Shown here: positions 22,292-32,509 of the stretch, piece by piece
How positions within the stretch are numbered: the first letter of the stretch is position 1
Layout: each line of letters starts with the position of its first letter
Source: an uncultured Verrucomicrobiae bacterium
GTDB lineage: Bacteria > Verrucomicrobiota > Verrucomicrobiia > Limisphaerales > UBA11358
Direction: 5' to 3'
Assembly: GCA_963786375.1 (NCBI GenBank)
Contig: CAWAYP010000008.1
Span: forward strand, 659-64,658
DNA length: 64,000 nt
The notes under the pieces: model-generated
Told to the model about the DNA's origin: nothing
Databases searched by the model: none
The model's input: only the letters and a program-made list of their open reading frames with translations
Program-made: the position numbers and the translations under genes

Positions 22292-22639
22292 ATGAAACGG
22301 ATTGCTCTGGCCTTGCTGGCAACGCTGCTCTTTGCCGGATGCATCACGCAAAAAGTGGACTGGCAGGCGCGCGTCGGCCAATACACACAGGATCAGGCCA
22401 TCACGGATCTGGGCCCGCCGGACAAATCCGCAAAACTGTCCGACGGCACCGTCGTGGACGAATGGCTCACGCAATCCAGCCGTGTCATCGTCGGGCCGGA
22501 GCCGTATTTTCTTGGCCCCGGATGTTATTTCGGCCCATCCACGCCCGGCTACACCGAGACATTCGTGCCTGCCTGTTTTCTGCGGCTGACATTCGGCTCC
22601 GACGGCCGGCTCAAGTCGTGGAAAACCTTCGCCAGATAA
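22292..22639 (+). CDS. Small lipoprotein
   Basis: MKRIALALLATLLFAGC lipobox at the internal ATG 22292. Confidence 0.65.
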   Translation: MKRIALALLATLLFAGCITQKVDWQARVGQYTQDQAITDLGPPDKSAKLSDGTVVDEWLTQSSRVIVGPEPYFLGPGCYFGPSTPGYTETFVPACFLRLTFGSDGRLKSWKTFAR

Positions 22640-22681
22640 ATCTGCTTCCGCCCGCGCGACGCCCGTGCTTAACTCGCCGCG

Positions 22682-22999
22682 ATGAATGTCAATCTCGGCG
22701 TTTGGAGTATTTTGACGAAACTGGCCGTGGCCCTGGTCGTCTTGGCCCTGCTATTGCTGATCAGCCTGAAGTTTCTGCCGCTGCTCCAACAAAACGAGCG
22801 GATGCGCGCGGACATCTTGCGGCTGCAAACCCAGCTTCAGATTGAAGAAGCCAAATCCAGGGAGCTTCAGGCCCAGATTGACGAGCTGCGGAACGATCCC
22901 GCCGCCGTCGCGCGCCTAGCCCGTGAAAAACTCGGCTACGCCAAGCCCGGCGAAACCGTCGTTCATTTTGAACCCGCCACCAACAGCCCGCCGCGGTGA
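22682..22999 (+). CDS. ftsB: Septum formation initiator (FtsB/DivIC family)
   Basis: N-terminal TM helix, a coiled coil, then DPAAVARLAREKLGYAKPGE, typical of FtsB/DivIC. Confidence 0.75.
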   Translation: MNVNLGVWSILTKLAVALVVLALLLLISLKFLPLLQQNERMRADILRLQTQLQIEEAKSRELQAQIDELRNDPAAVARLAREKLGYAKPGETVVHFEPATNSPPR

Positions 23000-23052
23000 C
23001 TCCTTTACGATGTAGCGGCGCTCTGCGAGCACCGCAAACGGCTGAACCTCTC

Positions 23053-23080
23053 AAAAAATGCGGCGGTCACAGCCCGCCGC
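23053..23080 (-). terminator. Rho-independent terminator downstream of frr
   Basis: Stem gcggcgg/ccgccgc (23060-23066 and 23074-23080) with an A6 run on the plus strand, which is a T6 run after the hairpin on the minus strand. Confidence 0.5.
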
Positions 23081-23135
23081 TGCATTTACCATCGAATCCC
23101 CATCTGCCATCTCCCAACTGCCATCTCCGAATCCT

Positions 23136-23696
23136 TCACACCGTCATGATTTCCTTTTCCTTGTGCGTGACGTGCGTGTCAATCTTGGCGGTGTACTGGT
23201 CGGTGAGCTTCTGCAAATCCTTTTCCGCCTGCTTTTCCTGGTCCTCGGTGATGCCGCTGTCGTGGCCATGTTTCTTCAACTGTTCCATCGCGTCGCGGCG
23301 CACGTGCCGGATGGCCACGCGCCCGTCCTCCGCCATTTTCTTGATGAGTTTGACGAACTCCTGCCGCCGTTCCTGGCTCAATTCGGGAAACGCCAGCCGG
23401 ATGATTTTGCCCTGGACCGCCGGGTTCAGGCCGATGTTCGACTTTTGAATCGCCTTTTCAATCGGATGCAGCGAGTTCGCGTCCCAGGGTTGCACCACCA
23501 ACATGCGCGGCTCCGGCGTGGTGATGCCCGCCAATTCCCGGATGCGCATTTGCGAGCCATAGACTTCCACCATGATGTTCTCGACCAGCGAAGCCGATGC
23601 CTTGCCCGTGCGCACGCCGGCGAATTCGTTGATGACCACCTGCTCGGTCTTGATCATCTTGTCTTCCGCTTCCAGTAAAATATCGTCGGGTGTCAT
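23136..23696 (-). CDS. frr: Ribosome recycling factor
   Basis: 186 aa with the typical Frr sequence (INEFAGVRTGKASASLVENIMVEVYG...RHVRRDA...). Confidence 0.9.
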   Translation of the reverse strand: MTPDDILLEAEDKMIKTEQVVINEFAGVRTGKASASLVENIMVEVYGSQMRIRELAGITTPEPRMLVVQPWDANSLHPIEKAIQKSNIGLNPAVQGKIIRLAFPELSQERRQEFVKLIKKMAEDGRVAIRHVRRDAMEQLKKHGHDSGITEDQEKQAEKDLQKLTDQYTAKIDTHVTHKEKEIMTV

Positions 23697-23880
23697 AGCT
23701 GGTTTCCTTTTTGCCCGTTTTCCAGCTTGCTGTATAGCGTAAAAACGGATGCAAAAAGGCTGCCGTCAGGCTAGCAAGGCCGCTGCGCCGGGTCGAATGA
23801 AAATTAACCTGACATCACCCGGGCAAGAAAATACGATTTTTCAATGAGATTGAAGTCGCAGGGTAAAACCCGGAGGAGCC

Positions 23881-24378
23881 ATGGCGGAGGCTAAGGCAGA
23901 GGACACGCTGGTCGTCATCAAACCGGATTCGTTCTGGCGCAACCTGAACGGTCAGGTCGAGGCCCGCCTAAAGGCATTGGGATTAAGCGTGGTGGCAGAA
24001 TGCATACTCGCTCAAGGTGAGAACCTTCCGGAGGAAAAATGGCGGGAATTTTATTTTCCGGCCATCGGAGACCGGCCCCCGTGTCTGGAGGGAACGTCGA
24101 AGTACATGGCTTACGGCCCGGTGAAGGTCATTCATTTTAGGGGAGTTGGCGCCATTCAGAAGGTTCGCCAGGCAGTGGGCGCGACCAGGCCGTGGCAGGC
24201 CGATCAAGGCACCATTCGTGGAGACTTCTGGCCGGGCGCCGTGGAAGCGAACGCTGCGTACCGGCTGAAATTCCAGCAACCCGGCGACGACCAATTTCTG
24301 TTTAACATGATTCACGCCTCGGACTCGGAAAAGAGTTTTGCGCGGGAAATTATGTTCTTTGATAAGTTGCATGATTGA
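23881..24378 (+). CDS. Nucleoside-diphosphate-kinase-like protein (divergent)
   Basis: TLVVIKPD near the N-terminus, GTIRGDF, and IHASDS in place of the NxxHGSDS active-site segment. Confidence 0.55.
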   Translation: MAEAKAEDTLVVIKPDSFWRNLNGQVEARLKALGLSVVAECILAQGENLPEEKWREFYFPAIGDRPPCLEGTSKYMAYGPVKVIHFRGVGAIQKVRQAVGATRPWQADQGTIRGDFWPGAVEANAAYRLKFQQPGDDQFLFNMIHASDSEKSFAREIMFFDKLHD

Positions 24379-24457
24379 AAAACCCGATTGGGAACACAGC
24401 CAATCACGTCCACTGGTTGGCGTTGCCATTGCGCCCGGGTTTGGCCGTGGTTAGACT

Positions 24458-26158
24458 GTGAGCGTGGCGGACATTGTTTTAACCACGCTCAACGCGAAAT
24501 ACATCCACGCCGCGTTCGGCCTGCGTTACCTGCTGGCCAATCTGGGCGAACTCCGCCCGCGCGCCTGCCTCGCCGAGTTCGACATCAATCAGCGTCCGCT
24601 CGACATTGTGGAAATCCTGCTCGCGCGAAATCCCAAAATCATCGGCTGCGGCATTTACATCTGGAATGTTGAGCCAACCACCGAAGTCATCGCCGCCATC
24701 AAACGCGTCCGGCCCGACATCAAAATCATTCTCGGCGGACCGGAAGTCAGTTACGAAGCTGAAGAACAAAACATCGTCCAACTGGCCGACCATGTCATCA
24801 CCGGCGAAGCGGACTTGAAGTTCGCGGAGGTGTGCCGGGTGTTATTAAGCCGAATCAAATCAAAGGGCGTCAAAGAACAAACGAAAGTTCGAAACCCCCT
24901 CGCCCCGTCCCTCTCCCCCGTTGCCAACGGGGGAGAGGAGGTGCAACTCCCCAAAATCATTCCCGCCGAACCGCCGGAATTTTCACAACTTGCATTGCCC
25001 TACGATCTTTACACCGACGACGACATTGCGCATCGCATTATTTACGTCGAGGCGTCGCGCGGCTGTCCCTTCACGTGCGAGTTTTGCCTGTCGTCACTCG
25101 ACATTCCGGTGCGGCAGGTTCCACTGGAAAAAACTCTGGCGGAATTGCAGCGCCTGCTCGATCGCGGCGTGAAACAGTTCAAATTCGTTGACCGCACATT
25201 CAACCTCAACCTCGCCGTCAGCAAAACCATCCTCGAATTTTTTCGCGCGCGTTTTCAACCCGGCCATTTCTTTCACTTCGAAATGATTCCCGACCGGCTG
25301 CCGGAATCGTTGCGCGAGATCATCGCCAAATTTCCGCCCGGCGCTCTGCAATTCGAGGTCGGCATCCAGACGTTCAACGACGAAGTCAGCCATCTAATCA
25401 GCCGGCGGCAGGATTACGAAAAACTCGCCGATAATTTCCGTTACTTGCGCCACGAAACCGGCGTGCATATCCACGCCGATTTGATTGCCGGATTGCCCGG
25501 GGAAACGCTGGCAGATTTTGCCGCCGGGTTCGACCGGCTGATCGCGCTCGGTCCGCAGGAAATCCAGGTCGGCATTTTGAAACGGCTGCGTGGCACGCCG
25601 ATTGTCCGGCACGACGCCGAATGGAAGATGGTCTATAGCCCGCATCCGCCGTACGACATTTTGCAGAACAAACTGATTGATTTCGCCACGATGCAAAAAC
25701 TCAGACGGTTCGCGCGCTACTGGGACCTGGTCGGCAACAGCGGCAATTTCATCGAGACCACGCCGCTGATTTGGAATCCTGGAGGGAACCGCTCCGTCGC
25801 TTCCCAAACTTCTTTGGAAAGTCAGGGCACTGACAAAGGAGTGCCCTCCCAGGCGGTCACCCAGTCCTCCCCATTCTATTCATTCCTGCGCTTCAGCGAA
25901 TGGCTGTACGCCCGCACCGGCCGCACGGACGGCATCGCGCTGGCGCGGCTGATGGAACTGCTGTTAAAATTTCTTACCGGCGAACTCCGGCTTGACGCCC
26001 GGCCGGTGGCCGAGGCGCTTTGGCGCGATTACCGGCGCGGCGGCCGCCATGACCAACCGGGTTTTCTGAAGGATTTTCTGCCCGCGGACGAAACCGTGAT
26101 TCCATTGCGGAAAACCAAATCCATCCTGCCCAAACGCCAGGCCCGGCATTTGGTGTAA
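24458..26158 (+). CDS. B12-binding-domain radical SAM protein (DUF4080-like C-terminus)
   Basis: N-terminal [18 protein letters not shown] and the radical SAM cluster motif [11 protein letters not shown]. Confidence 0.75.
   Translation: MSVADIVLTTLNAKYIHAAFGLRYLLANLGELRPRACLAEFDINQRPLDIVEILLARNPKIIGCGIYIWNVEPTTEVIAAIKRVRPDIKIILGGPEVSYEAEEQNIVQLADHVITGEADLKFAEVCRVLLSRIKSKGVKEQTKVRNPLAPSLSPVANGGEEVQLPKIIPAEPPEFSQLALPYDLYTDDDIAHRIIYVEASRGCPFTCEFCLSSLDIPVRQVPLEKTLAELQRLLDRGVKQFKFVDRTFNLNLAVSKTILEFFRARFQPGHFFHFEMIPDRLPESLREIIAKFPPGALQFEVGIQTFNDEVSHLISRRQDYEKLADNFRYLRHETGVHIHADLIAGLPGETLADFAAGFDRLIALGPQEIQVGILKRLRGTPIVRHDAEWKMVYSPHPPYDILQNKLIDFATMQKLRRFARYWDLVGNSGNFIETTPLIWNPGGNRSVASQTSLESQGTDKGVPSQAVTQSSPFYSFLRFSEWLYARTGRTDGIALARLMELLLKFLTGELRLDARPVAEALWRDYRRGGRHDQPGFLKDFLPADETVIPLRKTKSILPKRQARHLV
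24896..24940. repeat. Family D hairpin repeat inside the radical SAM gene
   Basis: ccccctcgccccgtccctctcccccg-ttgccaa-cgggggagaggag, translated as [15 protein letters not shown]. This is the same element frame as in mnmE. Confidence 0.75.
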
Positions 26159-26519
26159 ACCTGATTGTGGAGAATAGGTTGTTAATAAATTTCCGTTTTT
26201 TTCCTTTATCCATTAACGGTCTTTGCTAAAAATATGCGGACGGTAATCCATTATCGCGCCAAAGAATAGAAAACTGACGGAAAATATAATTTCCCTCATC
26301 CTCTTGGGAATTATTGTTTCTTCGGGCGCCCTACTGGCCATTTTTTTGCTTTTGTCGCCATCCTTGCAATAGCCCGGCATTGGGAAGTCGGGGGGCCTCT
26401 CCGGGGCATTCAAAACGGCATTTTTACGACGGCTTCTGCGTCCCTTTTTTTGCCGGCTTAAGTCCTTGACCTTTCGCACCTTGGTCTGAAGACCTTGTTT
26501 TTAACATTCCAAAATTAGC

Positions 26520-26547
26520 TTGCAACGACCAAAGAATCAGTTATTAT
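26520..26547 (+). promoter_or_regulatory. Candidate sigma70-type promoter for the RRM protein gene
   Basis: TTGCAA, a 16-nt spacer, then TATTAT, lying about 135 nt upstream of the ATG at 26682 in an AT-richer spacer. Confidence 0.35.
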
Positions 26548-26681
26548 TTGGCCGCCTGTGAGATAACTTGTCTCTTTACGGTCATGGAAAATCTTCAAGT
26601 GAACTTGGTTCAGTGATGATTTGAAACCCGGCAGTCGGGAACAGTCCGCGAAAGGCAGCGAGTTGAACAGCAAATCATCAA

Positions 26682-27041
26682 ATGAGCACGAAATTGTTTG
26701 TAGGAAATCTTTCCTTCAACACGACAGAAAATGACCTGCAAGAGGCGTTTGCCGCCCATGGCACGGTCGTGGAAGCCAACCTCATGATGGACCGGATGAG
26801 CGGCCGCTCGCGCGGCTTTGCTTTTGTCACCATGTCCACGCCCGAGGAAGCACAGAAGGCGATTGCCGCCATGAACGGCGCGACGCTCGGCGACCGCGCC
26901 CTCACGGTGAACATCGCGCGCCCGAAAGAGGAGCGTCCGCGCGGCGACCGCGGCCCGCGCCGTGAATTTCGCGGCGGCGGCGGTGGCGGTGGCGGTGGCG
27001 GTGGCGGTGGCGGCGGCGGCGGCCATCGGGAACGTTATTAA
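26682..27041 (+). CDS. RRM-type RNA-binding protein with a Gly-rich tail
   Basis: RNP2 [12 protein letters not shown]1 RGFAFVTM and a C-terminal poly-Gly run. Confidence 0.85.
   Translation: MSTKLFVGNLSFNTTENDLQEAFAAHGTVVEANLMMDRMSGRSRGFAFVTMSTPEEAQKAIAAMNGATLGDRALTVNIARPKEERPRGDRGPRREFRGGGGGGGGGGGGGGGGGHRERY
26972..27022. repeat. (GGC/GGT)17 microsatellite encoding poly-Gly
   Basis: Read directly: gcggcggcggcggtggcggtggcggtggcggtggcggtggcggcggcggcggc. Confidence 0.9.
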
Positions 27042-27117
27042 TCACAGCAAATAAGTTTGGCGGGGCGACGTCTGAAATGGGCGTCGCCCTTGTTTTTACG
27101 TCCGCCAATAGTCTGTC

Positions 27118-27330
27118 ATGGAAGAACACATAGAAGTCGAAGGGCGTATCACCTCGGTACTGGCCGGGACGATGTTCCGCGTTGAACTGGACAACAAACA
27201 TCAGGTGCTCGCCACCATTTCCGGCAAGATGCGAAAACGGTTCGTCCGCCTCACCATCGGCGACCGCGTGAGAATGGAAATGTCCCAATACGACTTGAAC
27301 AAGGCGCGCATCGTCTGGCGGCTGGGGTAA
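27118..27330 (+). CDS. infA: Translation initiation factor IF-1
   Basis: 70 aa; IEVEGRITSVLAGTMFRVELDNKHQVLATISGKMRKRFVRLTIGDRV is the typical S1-like IF-1 sequence. Confidence 0.9.
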   Translation: MEEHIEVEGRITSVLAGTMFRVELDNKHQVLATISGKMRKRFVRLTIGDRVRMEMSQYDLNKARIVWRLG

Positions 27331-27475
27331 CCACCCGCCAAAACCCCGGTGACGGGCGCTCCCCATTTGAACCAGCCGCTGATTTTTGGAATTTGTTCGG
27401 ACGGTTGGCCCGCGCCCATGGCATTGACTTAATGAAATTGTCAACGGGCGGCCGCAACGATAAGCTCTGGCAGCT

Positions 27476-30304
27476 ATGATGATGCCTGCCCAGCAGATGG
27501 CCACGTTGAATGCGGCAAATTGCGAGGTCGCCTTCGACAATCTGACACGGCAGCTCTACGCCACGGACGCATCACCTTATCAGATTGTGCCGCTGGCGGT
27601 CGCCTTTCCAAGGGGCGCGGCGCAGGCCAGTTCCATCATCCAGGCGGCGGCGCAGGCGGGCATCTCAGTCATTCCCCGCGGCGCGGGCACGGGGCTTGCC
27701 GGCGGCGCCATTGGCGAAGGCCTGGTCATTGATTTTGCGCGGGACAACCGGCGCATCAGCAATTTCGACCCGCAACGCCGCAGCATCCGCGTCGGCGCGG
27801 GCGTGGTGCTGGATCAATTGAACGATTTCCTCCGACCGCAGGGATTTTGTTTCGGCCCGGACGTGGCGACCAGTTCGCGCGCGACGCTGGGCGGCATGAT
27901 TGCCAGTGATTCATCGGGCGCGTACGCGCCGTTTTACGGCACGACAGGAATGCACGTCAATGAACTGAGGATCGTCCTGGCTGATGGCGAGGTGTTGAAA
28001 GTCGGCGCCGACCGCGACACCCTGCAACGACAGCGCCTGGTGCTTGAAGACGTCCTTGCGCTCAATACCCTGCAAATCGCCGAACGTTTTCCGCCGGGCC
28101 TGTTGAAGCGGTGGCCCGGCTACGCGCTGGCCCGGGCGATGAATGAACCCGGCAATCTGGTCCATATCCTCTCCGGCAGCGAGGGCACGCTCGCGGCGAT
28201 CATTTCGGCCGAACTGAAAATCGTTCCACTGCCCGCCGAGCGCGGGGTGGGTCTGCTGTTTTTCGCGTCCGTGGCCGAGGCGATGCAGGCCACGGAGGAA
28301 TTGCTCGATTTGATGCCGGCGGCAATTGAGCACATTGACCGCCCGCTGTTTGACCAGACACGCGGCCAGCGTGAGTTTCAGGCCGTGCGCGATTTGCTCG
28401 AACTCGACGTCAAGCCGTGCGAGGCAATTTTAATCATCGAGTTTTTTGAGGACGCCCAGGACCGGCTCGCGCAGTTGCAGCAACACAAACTGGGCCTGCG
28501 CAAATTGATTTTGCGGACCCAGGCAGAAGCCGACCTGGTGTGGGCAATGCGCCGGGCGGGGCTGTCCTTATTGACCGGTTGCAAAGGCGCCGCGAAACCC
28601 GCCTGTTTCGTGGAAGACACGGCGGTGCGTCCGCGCGATTTGCCGGCCTATTTTGCCGGCTTGCAACAGTTGATGGTCCGCGCGGGGGTCCAGGCCTCGT
28701 ATTACGGCCATGCGGCGGCGGGCCTGCTGCACGTGCGGCCGGTGCTCGATTTGCACAGCGCGGATGATTTGAAAAAATTCCGCCAAATTGCCGGCGAAGT
28801 GGCCGCGCTGGTTTCACAGTTCAAGGGCACGCTGGCCGGCGAACATGGCGTCGGCATCGCCCGCAGCGAGTATCTCAAAGATCATGTCGGCGAAGAACTT
28901 TATCAGTTGATGCGGCAAATCAAACAGTCCTTCGATCCGGACAATTTGTTCAACCCGGGCAAAATCATCTCGGACGGCCGCTACAAAATTGACAGTCATT
29001 TGCGGCTGGGCGCGGGTTATTCGCTGAAATTGCCGTTTGAACCGCGGCTCGCATTCGCGGCCAGGGACGGCTCGTTCACCGCCAATCTGGAACAGTGCAA
29101 CGGCTGCGGCGGCTGTCTCAAGCAAACCCCGACGATGTGCCCCACGTTCCTCGCCACCGGCGGGGAAATCATGTCCACCCGCGGACGCGCGAACGCCATC
29201 CGCGCGGTCCTGGAACTGCGCGAAATCAAGGGCGACCCGCTGCGCTCGCGGGAGCTGGAGGCGGCCTTGAGCAACTGTTTGTCCTGCAAAGCCTGCACCA
29301 CGGAATGTCCGTCCAATGTGAACCTGGCGCTGTTGAAGGCGGAATTGCTGAATGCGCGCATTCGCCGCGACGGTTTGAAGTGGCGCGAACGATTGTTCAG
29401 TTCGGTGGATCAACTGGGCCGCTGGGGTTGCAAAATGCCGCGCCTGGCCAACGCGCTGCTGGATTTCTTTCCGGTGCGCTTGATGAGAAACCGGCTTTTG
29501 GGCCTGACCACCCGGCGCCCATTGCCGCGCTTTGCGCGAATGCGGTTCGATCATTGGTTCGCCAGGCATCAACCCTCCGCGCCCGCGACCCGCAGCCGGG
29601 TGATTCTCTGGGACGACACCGTCACGCGTTATTACGAGCCGCACGTCGGCATGGCCGCCGTGACGGTGCTTGAAGCGGCCGGCTTTCAAGTCACGGTGGT
29701 GGCGCAGCGCGAATGTTGCGGACGGCCCGCCTTCAGCCAGGGCAACCTGGACGAAGCCGCCAAATCGGGCCGGCACAACCTTGCGCTGTTGAACCAGGAC
29801 ACCGACGGCGCGCCCATTATCTTTCTTGAACCTTCCTGCTTTTCAATGTTCGCGGAGGATTACCGGGAGTTGAAGTTGCTGGGCGTGGAAAACGTCGCCC
29901 GGCGCTGTTTTTTGTTCGAGGATTTCATTGAAAACTTCCTGAGTTGGGAGCCGGGCGGACTCCAATTCAACAACCGCGCCGGACGATTGATCATTCATCC
30001 GCATTGTCATGCCCGGGCGCTGGCCAATCCCAACCTCATGCGCCAACTCGCCGAGCGCCTGCCGGAAAAGACGGTGACCTTGCTGGATGCGGGCTGCTGC
30101 GGCATGGCGGGCACGTTCGGGATGCTGGAATCAAAATACGACCTTTCGGTGAACGTCGCGGAGCCGCTCATTCAAAAAATCAGAAATCAACCGTTTGGGA
30201 CCACCGTGGTCGCCTCCGGCGCAAGCTGCCGCCAACAAATTCAACACCTGGCAACCGTGAGGCTGCGTCACATGGCCGAAGTCCTGGCCGAATCGCTCGC
30301 GTGA
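27476..30304 (+). CDS. FAD-binding oxidase fused to an Fe-S/CCG domain (GlcD/GlcF-like, D-lactate or glycolate-type dehydrogenase family)
   Basis: N-terminal FAD-binding domain (VIPRGAGTGLAGGA), two ferredoxin-like cysteine motifs (CNGCGGCLKQTPTMCP, CLSCKACTTECP) and a Cys-rich C-terminal half. Confidence 0.75.
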   Translation: MMMPAQQMATLNAANCEVAFDNLTRQLYATDASPYQIVPLAVAFPRGAAQASSIIQAAAQAGISVIPRGAGTGLAGGAIGEGLVIDFARDNRRISNFDPQRRSIRVGAGVVLDQLNDFLRPQGFCFGPDVATSSRATLGGMIASDSSGAYAPFYGTTGMHVNELRIVLADGEVLKVGADRDTLQRQRLVLEDVLALNTLQIAERFPPGLLKRWPGYALARAMNEPGNLVHILSGSEGTLAAIISAELKIVPLPAERGVGLLFFASVAEAMQATEELLDLMPAAIEHIDRPLFDQTRGQREFQAVRDLLELDVKPCEAILIIEFFEDAQDRLAQLQQHKLGLRKLILRTQAEADLVWAMRRAGLSLLTGCKGAAKPACFVEDTAVRPRDLPAYFAGLQQLMVRAGVQASYYGHAAAGLLHVRPVLDLHSADDLKKFRQIAGEVAALVSQFKGTLAGEHGVGIARSEYLKDHVGEELYQLMRQIKQSFDPDNLFNPGKIISDGRYKIDSHLRLGAGYSLKLPFEPRLAFAARDGSFTANLEQCNGCGGCLKQTPTMCPTFLATGGEIMSTRGRANAIRAVLELREIKGDPLRSRELEAALSNCLSCKACTTECPSNVNLALLKAELLNARIRRDGLKWRERLFSSVDQLGRWGCKMPRLANALLDFFPVRLMRNRLLGLTTRRPLPRFARMRFDHWFARHQPSAPATRSRVILWDDTVTRYYEPHVGMAAVTVLEAAGFQVTVVAQRECCGRPAFSQGNLDEAAKSGRHNLALLNQDTDGAPIIFLEPSCFSMFAEDYRELKLLGVENVARRCFLFEDFIENFLSWEPGGLQFNNRAGRLIIHPHCHARALANPNLMRQLAERLPEKTVTLLDAGCCGMAGTFGMLESKYDLSVNVAEPLIQKIRNQPFGTTVVASGASCRQQIQHLATVRLRHMAEVLAESLA

Positions 30305-30410
30305 ATCGCAAGCAGCCCGGACCGGCCAACTTTTAGGGAGAACATCGAACGTCCAGTGCTCTGGCAGGCATTACGCGGGCAGGAACTTTGATTTTCAGTG
30401 CTCCTGTCCG

Positions 30411-31325
30411 CTATCCGTAAATGTCGCTCAACGCGCCGCGCAATTCGGGAAATTGAAACTTGAAGCCGAGTTTGAGGAAACGCCTGGGCGCGCAACGCCG
30501 GCCGGTCAACGCCAGCGACGGGTCGGTTCGCATCAACCACGAGCCGAGCCGCACCGCCCAAACCGGCGCGGGCGGACACCGGGGACGGTGCAACGCCCGC
30601 CGCAGTTCAGCCATGAACTCCGCGTTCGTGACCGGGTTTGGCCCCGTGGCATTGAACACGCCAATCACCTCGCCCCGTTCGATGGAGTCCATCATCATTT
30701 GAGTCATGTCCGCCAGATGAATCCAGCTGACATACTGCCCCCCGCTGCCCGCTGCTCCGCCCAGAAACCATCTGGTCAATTTTCCCAGCACGGAAAGCGC
30801 GCCGCCATCGCGCGCCAGCACAAGGCCGGTTCGCAGCAACACGCGACGGGTGTTGGCCAACGGCACGGTTTTGAACGCAGTTTCCCAAAGCCGGCAGGTT
30901 TCCACCGCTTCACCCTGGCCGGACGGTGTGCCTTCCTCGCACCATCGGTCGTCCAAATCGCCATAGAACGCGAGCGCCCCCGCCTGCACCCACACGCGCG
31001 GCGGATCTGCCACGCTGTGAACCGCCGCGGCCAAAGCGTTCACGGAATTAATGCGTGATTCATTGATCTCGCGGACATTCTCCGGCGTGTGCCGGCAATT
31101 CACACTGCGCCCGGCAAGATTGACCATCGCGTGGGCGCCTTCCACAGATTGCACCCAATCGCCCAGCGTCCTCCCATTCCACGCCACTTCCTTGACGCCA
31201 TCGTCGCGCCCGCGCGGCAAACGCGTCAGCACCACCACCTCGTAATTTTTCAGGAGCAAATTCCGGGCGAGCGCCCGGCCGAGGAAACCGCTGCCGCCTG
31301 CGAGCACGACCCGTTTTTTATTCAT
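30411..31325 (-). CDS. NAD-dependent epimerase-family protein (TIGR01777/YfcH-like)
   Basis: Rossmann motif VVLAGGSGFLGRAL and a DUF1731-like C-terminus. Confidence 0.65.
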   Translation of the reverse strand: MNKKRVVLAGGSGFLGRALARNLLLKNYEVVVLTRLPRGRDDGVKEVAWNGRTLGDWVQSVEGAHAMVNLAGRSVNCRHTPENVREINESRINSVNALAAAVHSVADPPRVWVQAGALAFYGDLDDRWCEEGTPSGQGEAVETCRLWETAFKTVPLANTRRVLLRTGLVLARDGGALSVLGKLTRWFLGGAAGSGGQYVSWIHLADMTQMMMDSIERGEVIGVFNATGPNPVTNAEFMAELRRALHRPRCPPAPVWAVRLGSWLMRTDPSLALTGRRCAPRRFLKLGFKFQFPELRGALSDIYG

Positions 31326-31776
31326 GGCCGGTCCTTTCCAGTTTCAATTCCGGCGCGGTTTGGTCCGTCAACGGATTGACGCCAAACTGCGTCCGCTCCA
31401 GCTCTTTCAGCCATTTTCGGGCCAATGTACCCACGGTCTCCAGGTTCAAATGTTCATGCACGCGCGGATATTTTTCGAAGTTTGCACAGGCGAGCTTGAA
31501 CAGCGCGGCGGCGGGCGGCGGACGGTTTTTTTGCAGGTGTACGAACGCGCCGGCCAGTTGAATCAGCCCCTTGTAAAACGCGCCGTTCGCGCCATGCTTG
31601 TCCTTGAGCCATAAATTTTCCAGCACCTCATGCGCTTCGTAAAATTGCCGGCGATTGAAACAATCAAAATAACCAAGATAATGGGGGTCCAGTTTCCGCC
31701 CGTGATGATGGCCCACCATTTCGGCAATGCGTTTGCTCTTGCGGCTCACGCAGGCAGGGTAATGTCCAAAATCCAA
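31318..31776 (-). CDS. DUF309-domain protein
   Basis: FNRRQFYEAHEVLENLWL is the motif typical of DUF309. The ORF overlaps the downstream gene by 8 nt. Confidence 0.6.
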   Translation of the reverse strand: MDFGHYPACVSRKSKRIAEMVGHHHGRKLDPHYLGYFDCFNRRQFYEAHEVLENLWLKDKHGANGAFYKGLIQLAGAFVHLQKNRPPPAAALFKLACANFEKYPRVHEHLNLETVGTLARKWLKELERTQFGVNPLTDQTAPELKLERTGHE

Positions 31777-31808
31777 AGTCTAAAGCCCAAAGTCGCGTGG
31801 AGTTGAAA

Positions 31809-31930
31809 GGTAGGGACGGCGCGCCGCGCCGTCCGCGCCGCGTTCAGCGGCGCAACTCCCTGCGTGAACCTTGGACGTTCATTCCGCCCGCTCCACGCGG
31901 GCGGGGACATCGCAGCGCGATGTCCCTACC
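31809..31930. repeat. Family A composite hairpin module (GTAGGGAC...GTCCCTAC), solitary copy
   Basis: ggtagggacggcgcgccgcgccgtcc / gcgccgcgttcagcggcgc / linker / ccgcccgctccacgcgggcgg / ggacatcgcagcgcgatgtccctacc. The architecture matches modules at 55.9-56.3 kb and 59.3-59.6 kb. Confidence 0.8.
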
Positions 31931-32064
31931 CACACTATTGCGTCTCCCTTTTCCAGAAACAAATTTCCTCCCCCATAAAATAAAACAGCCGCGACGGTTA
32001 AATCGCGGCTGCATCGCAATGCGTTAAAACTTTTATGTCACCATGTGGCTTCGCGCCCGGGGAA

Positions 32065-32121
32065 GTAGGGCGGTGCTGCTGCGCCGCCGATATTTGGGCT
32101 GCGGAGCACCGCAGCCCTACC
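32065..32121. repeat. Family A variant hairpin (GTAGGGCGGTGCTGC...GCAGCCCTAC)
   Basis: GTAGGG/CCCTAC clamp with a self-complementary interior. It contains ccgatatttggg, also seen at 59507-59518. Confidence 0.55.
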
Positions 32122-32245
32122 ATTCCTCGAATCGGTGCCGGACGTGGACGCCAAGCTCAAAGCGCCCAACATGGCGGATGACAAGTTTGAGGACGTGGTG
32201 AAATCGGCACAGGATGCGGCGGTGCTCGTTTTGGTTTACTGACTG

Positions 32246-32292
32246 TCTCCCTCTCCGCCAACGAAGTTGGGGGAGAGGTTGGGGTGAGGTGG
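32246..32292. repeat. Family D hairpin repeat, left copy of an inverted pair
   Basis: tctccctctccgcc-aacgaagtt-gggggagaggttggggtgaggtgg. Confidence 0.7.
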
Positions 32293-32311
32293 TGCTTGTT
32301 TCAGCTAAAAT

Positions 32312-32353
32312 CCCCTCACCCCGTCCCTCTCCCCGTTTGGCGGGGAGAGGGTG
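32312..32353. repeat. Family D hairpin repeat, right copy of an inverted pair
   Basis: cccctcaccccgtccctctccccg-tttgg-cggggagagggtg. Confidence 0.8.
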
Positions 32354-32509
32354 AAATATCTGCGGCGGTGCTGGTTTTGGTTTATTGATTAGGGAAGGCA
32401 GGAAACAATGAACTGGTTTTTCCTGACTTCGTGTTTTCCTTATTAAATTGAAAACGAGACGACCCTGCCAAACATTGACAACTTCCCCGTCCTGCGACAC
32501 TCTGCCCGC

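Noticed and set aside
26213-26479. An 88-aa minus-strand ORF in the AT-rich spacer upstream of the RRM gene.
   Set aside because: It has no recognisable motif or ribosome-binding context that I could see. The region is better explained as a promoter and long 5' leader of the RRM gene. A real small membrane protein cannot be excluded.
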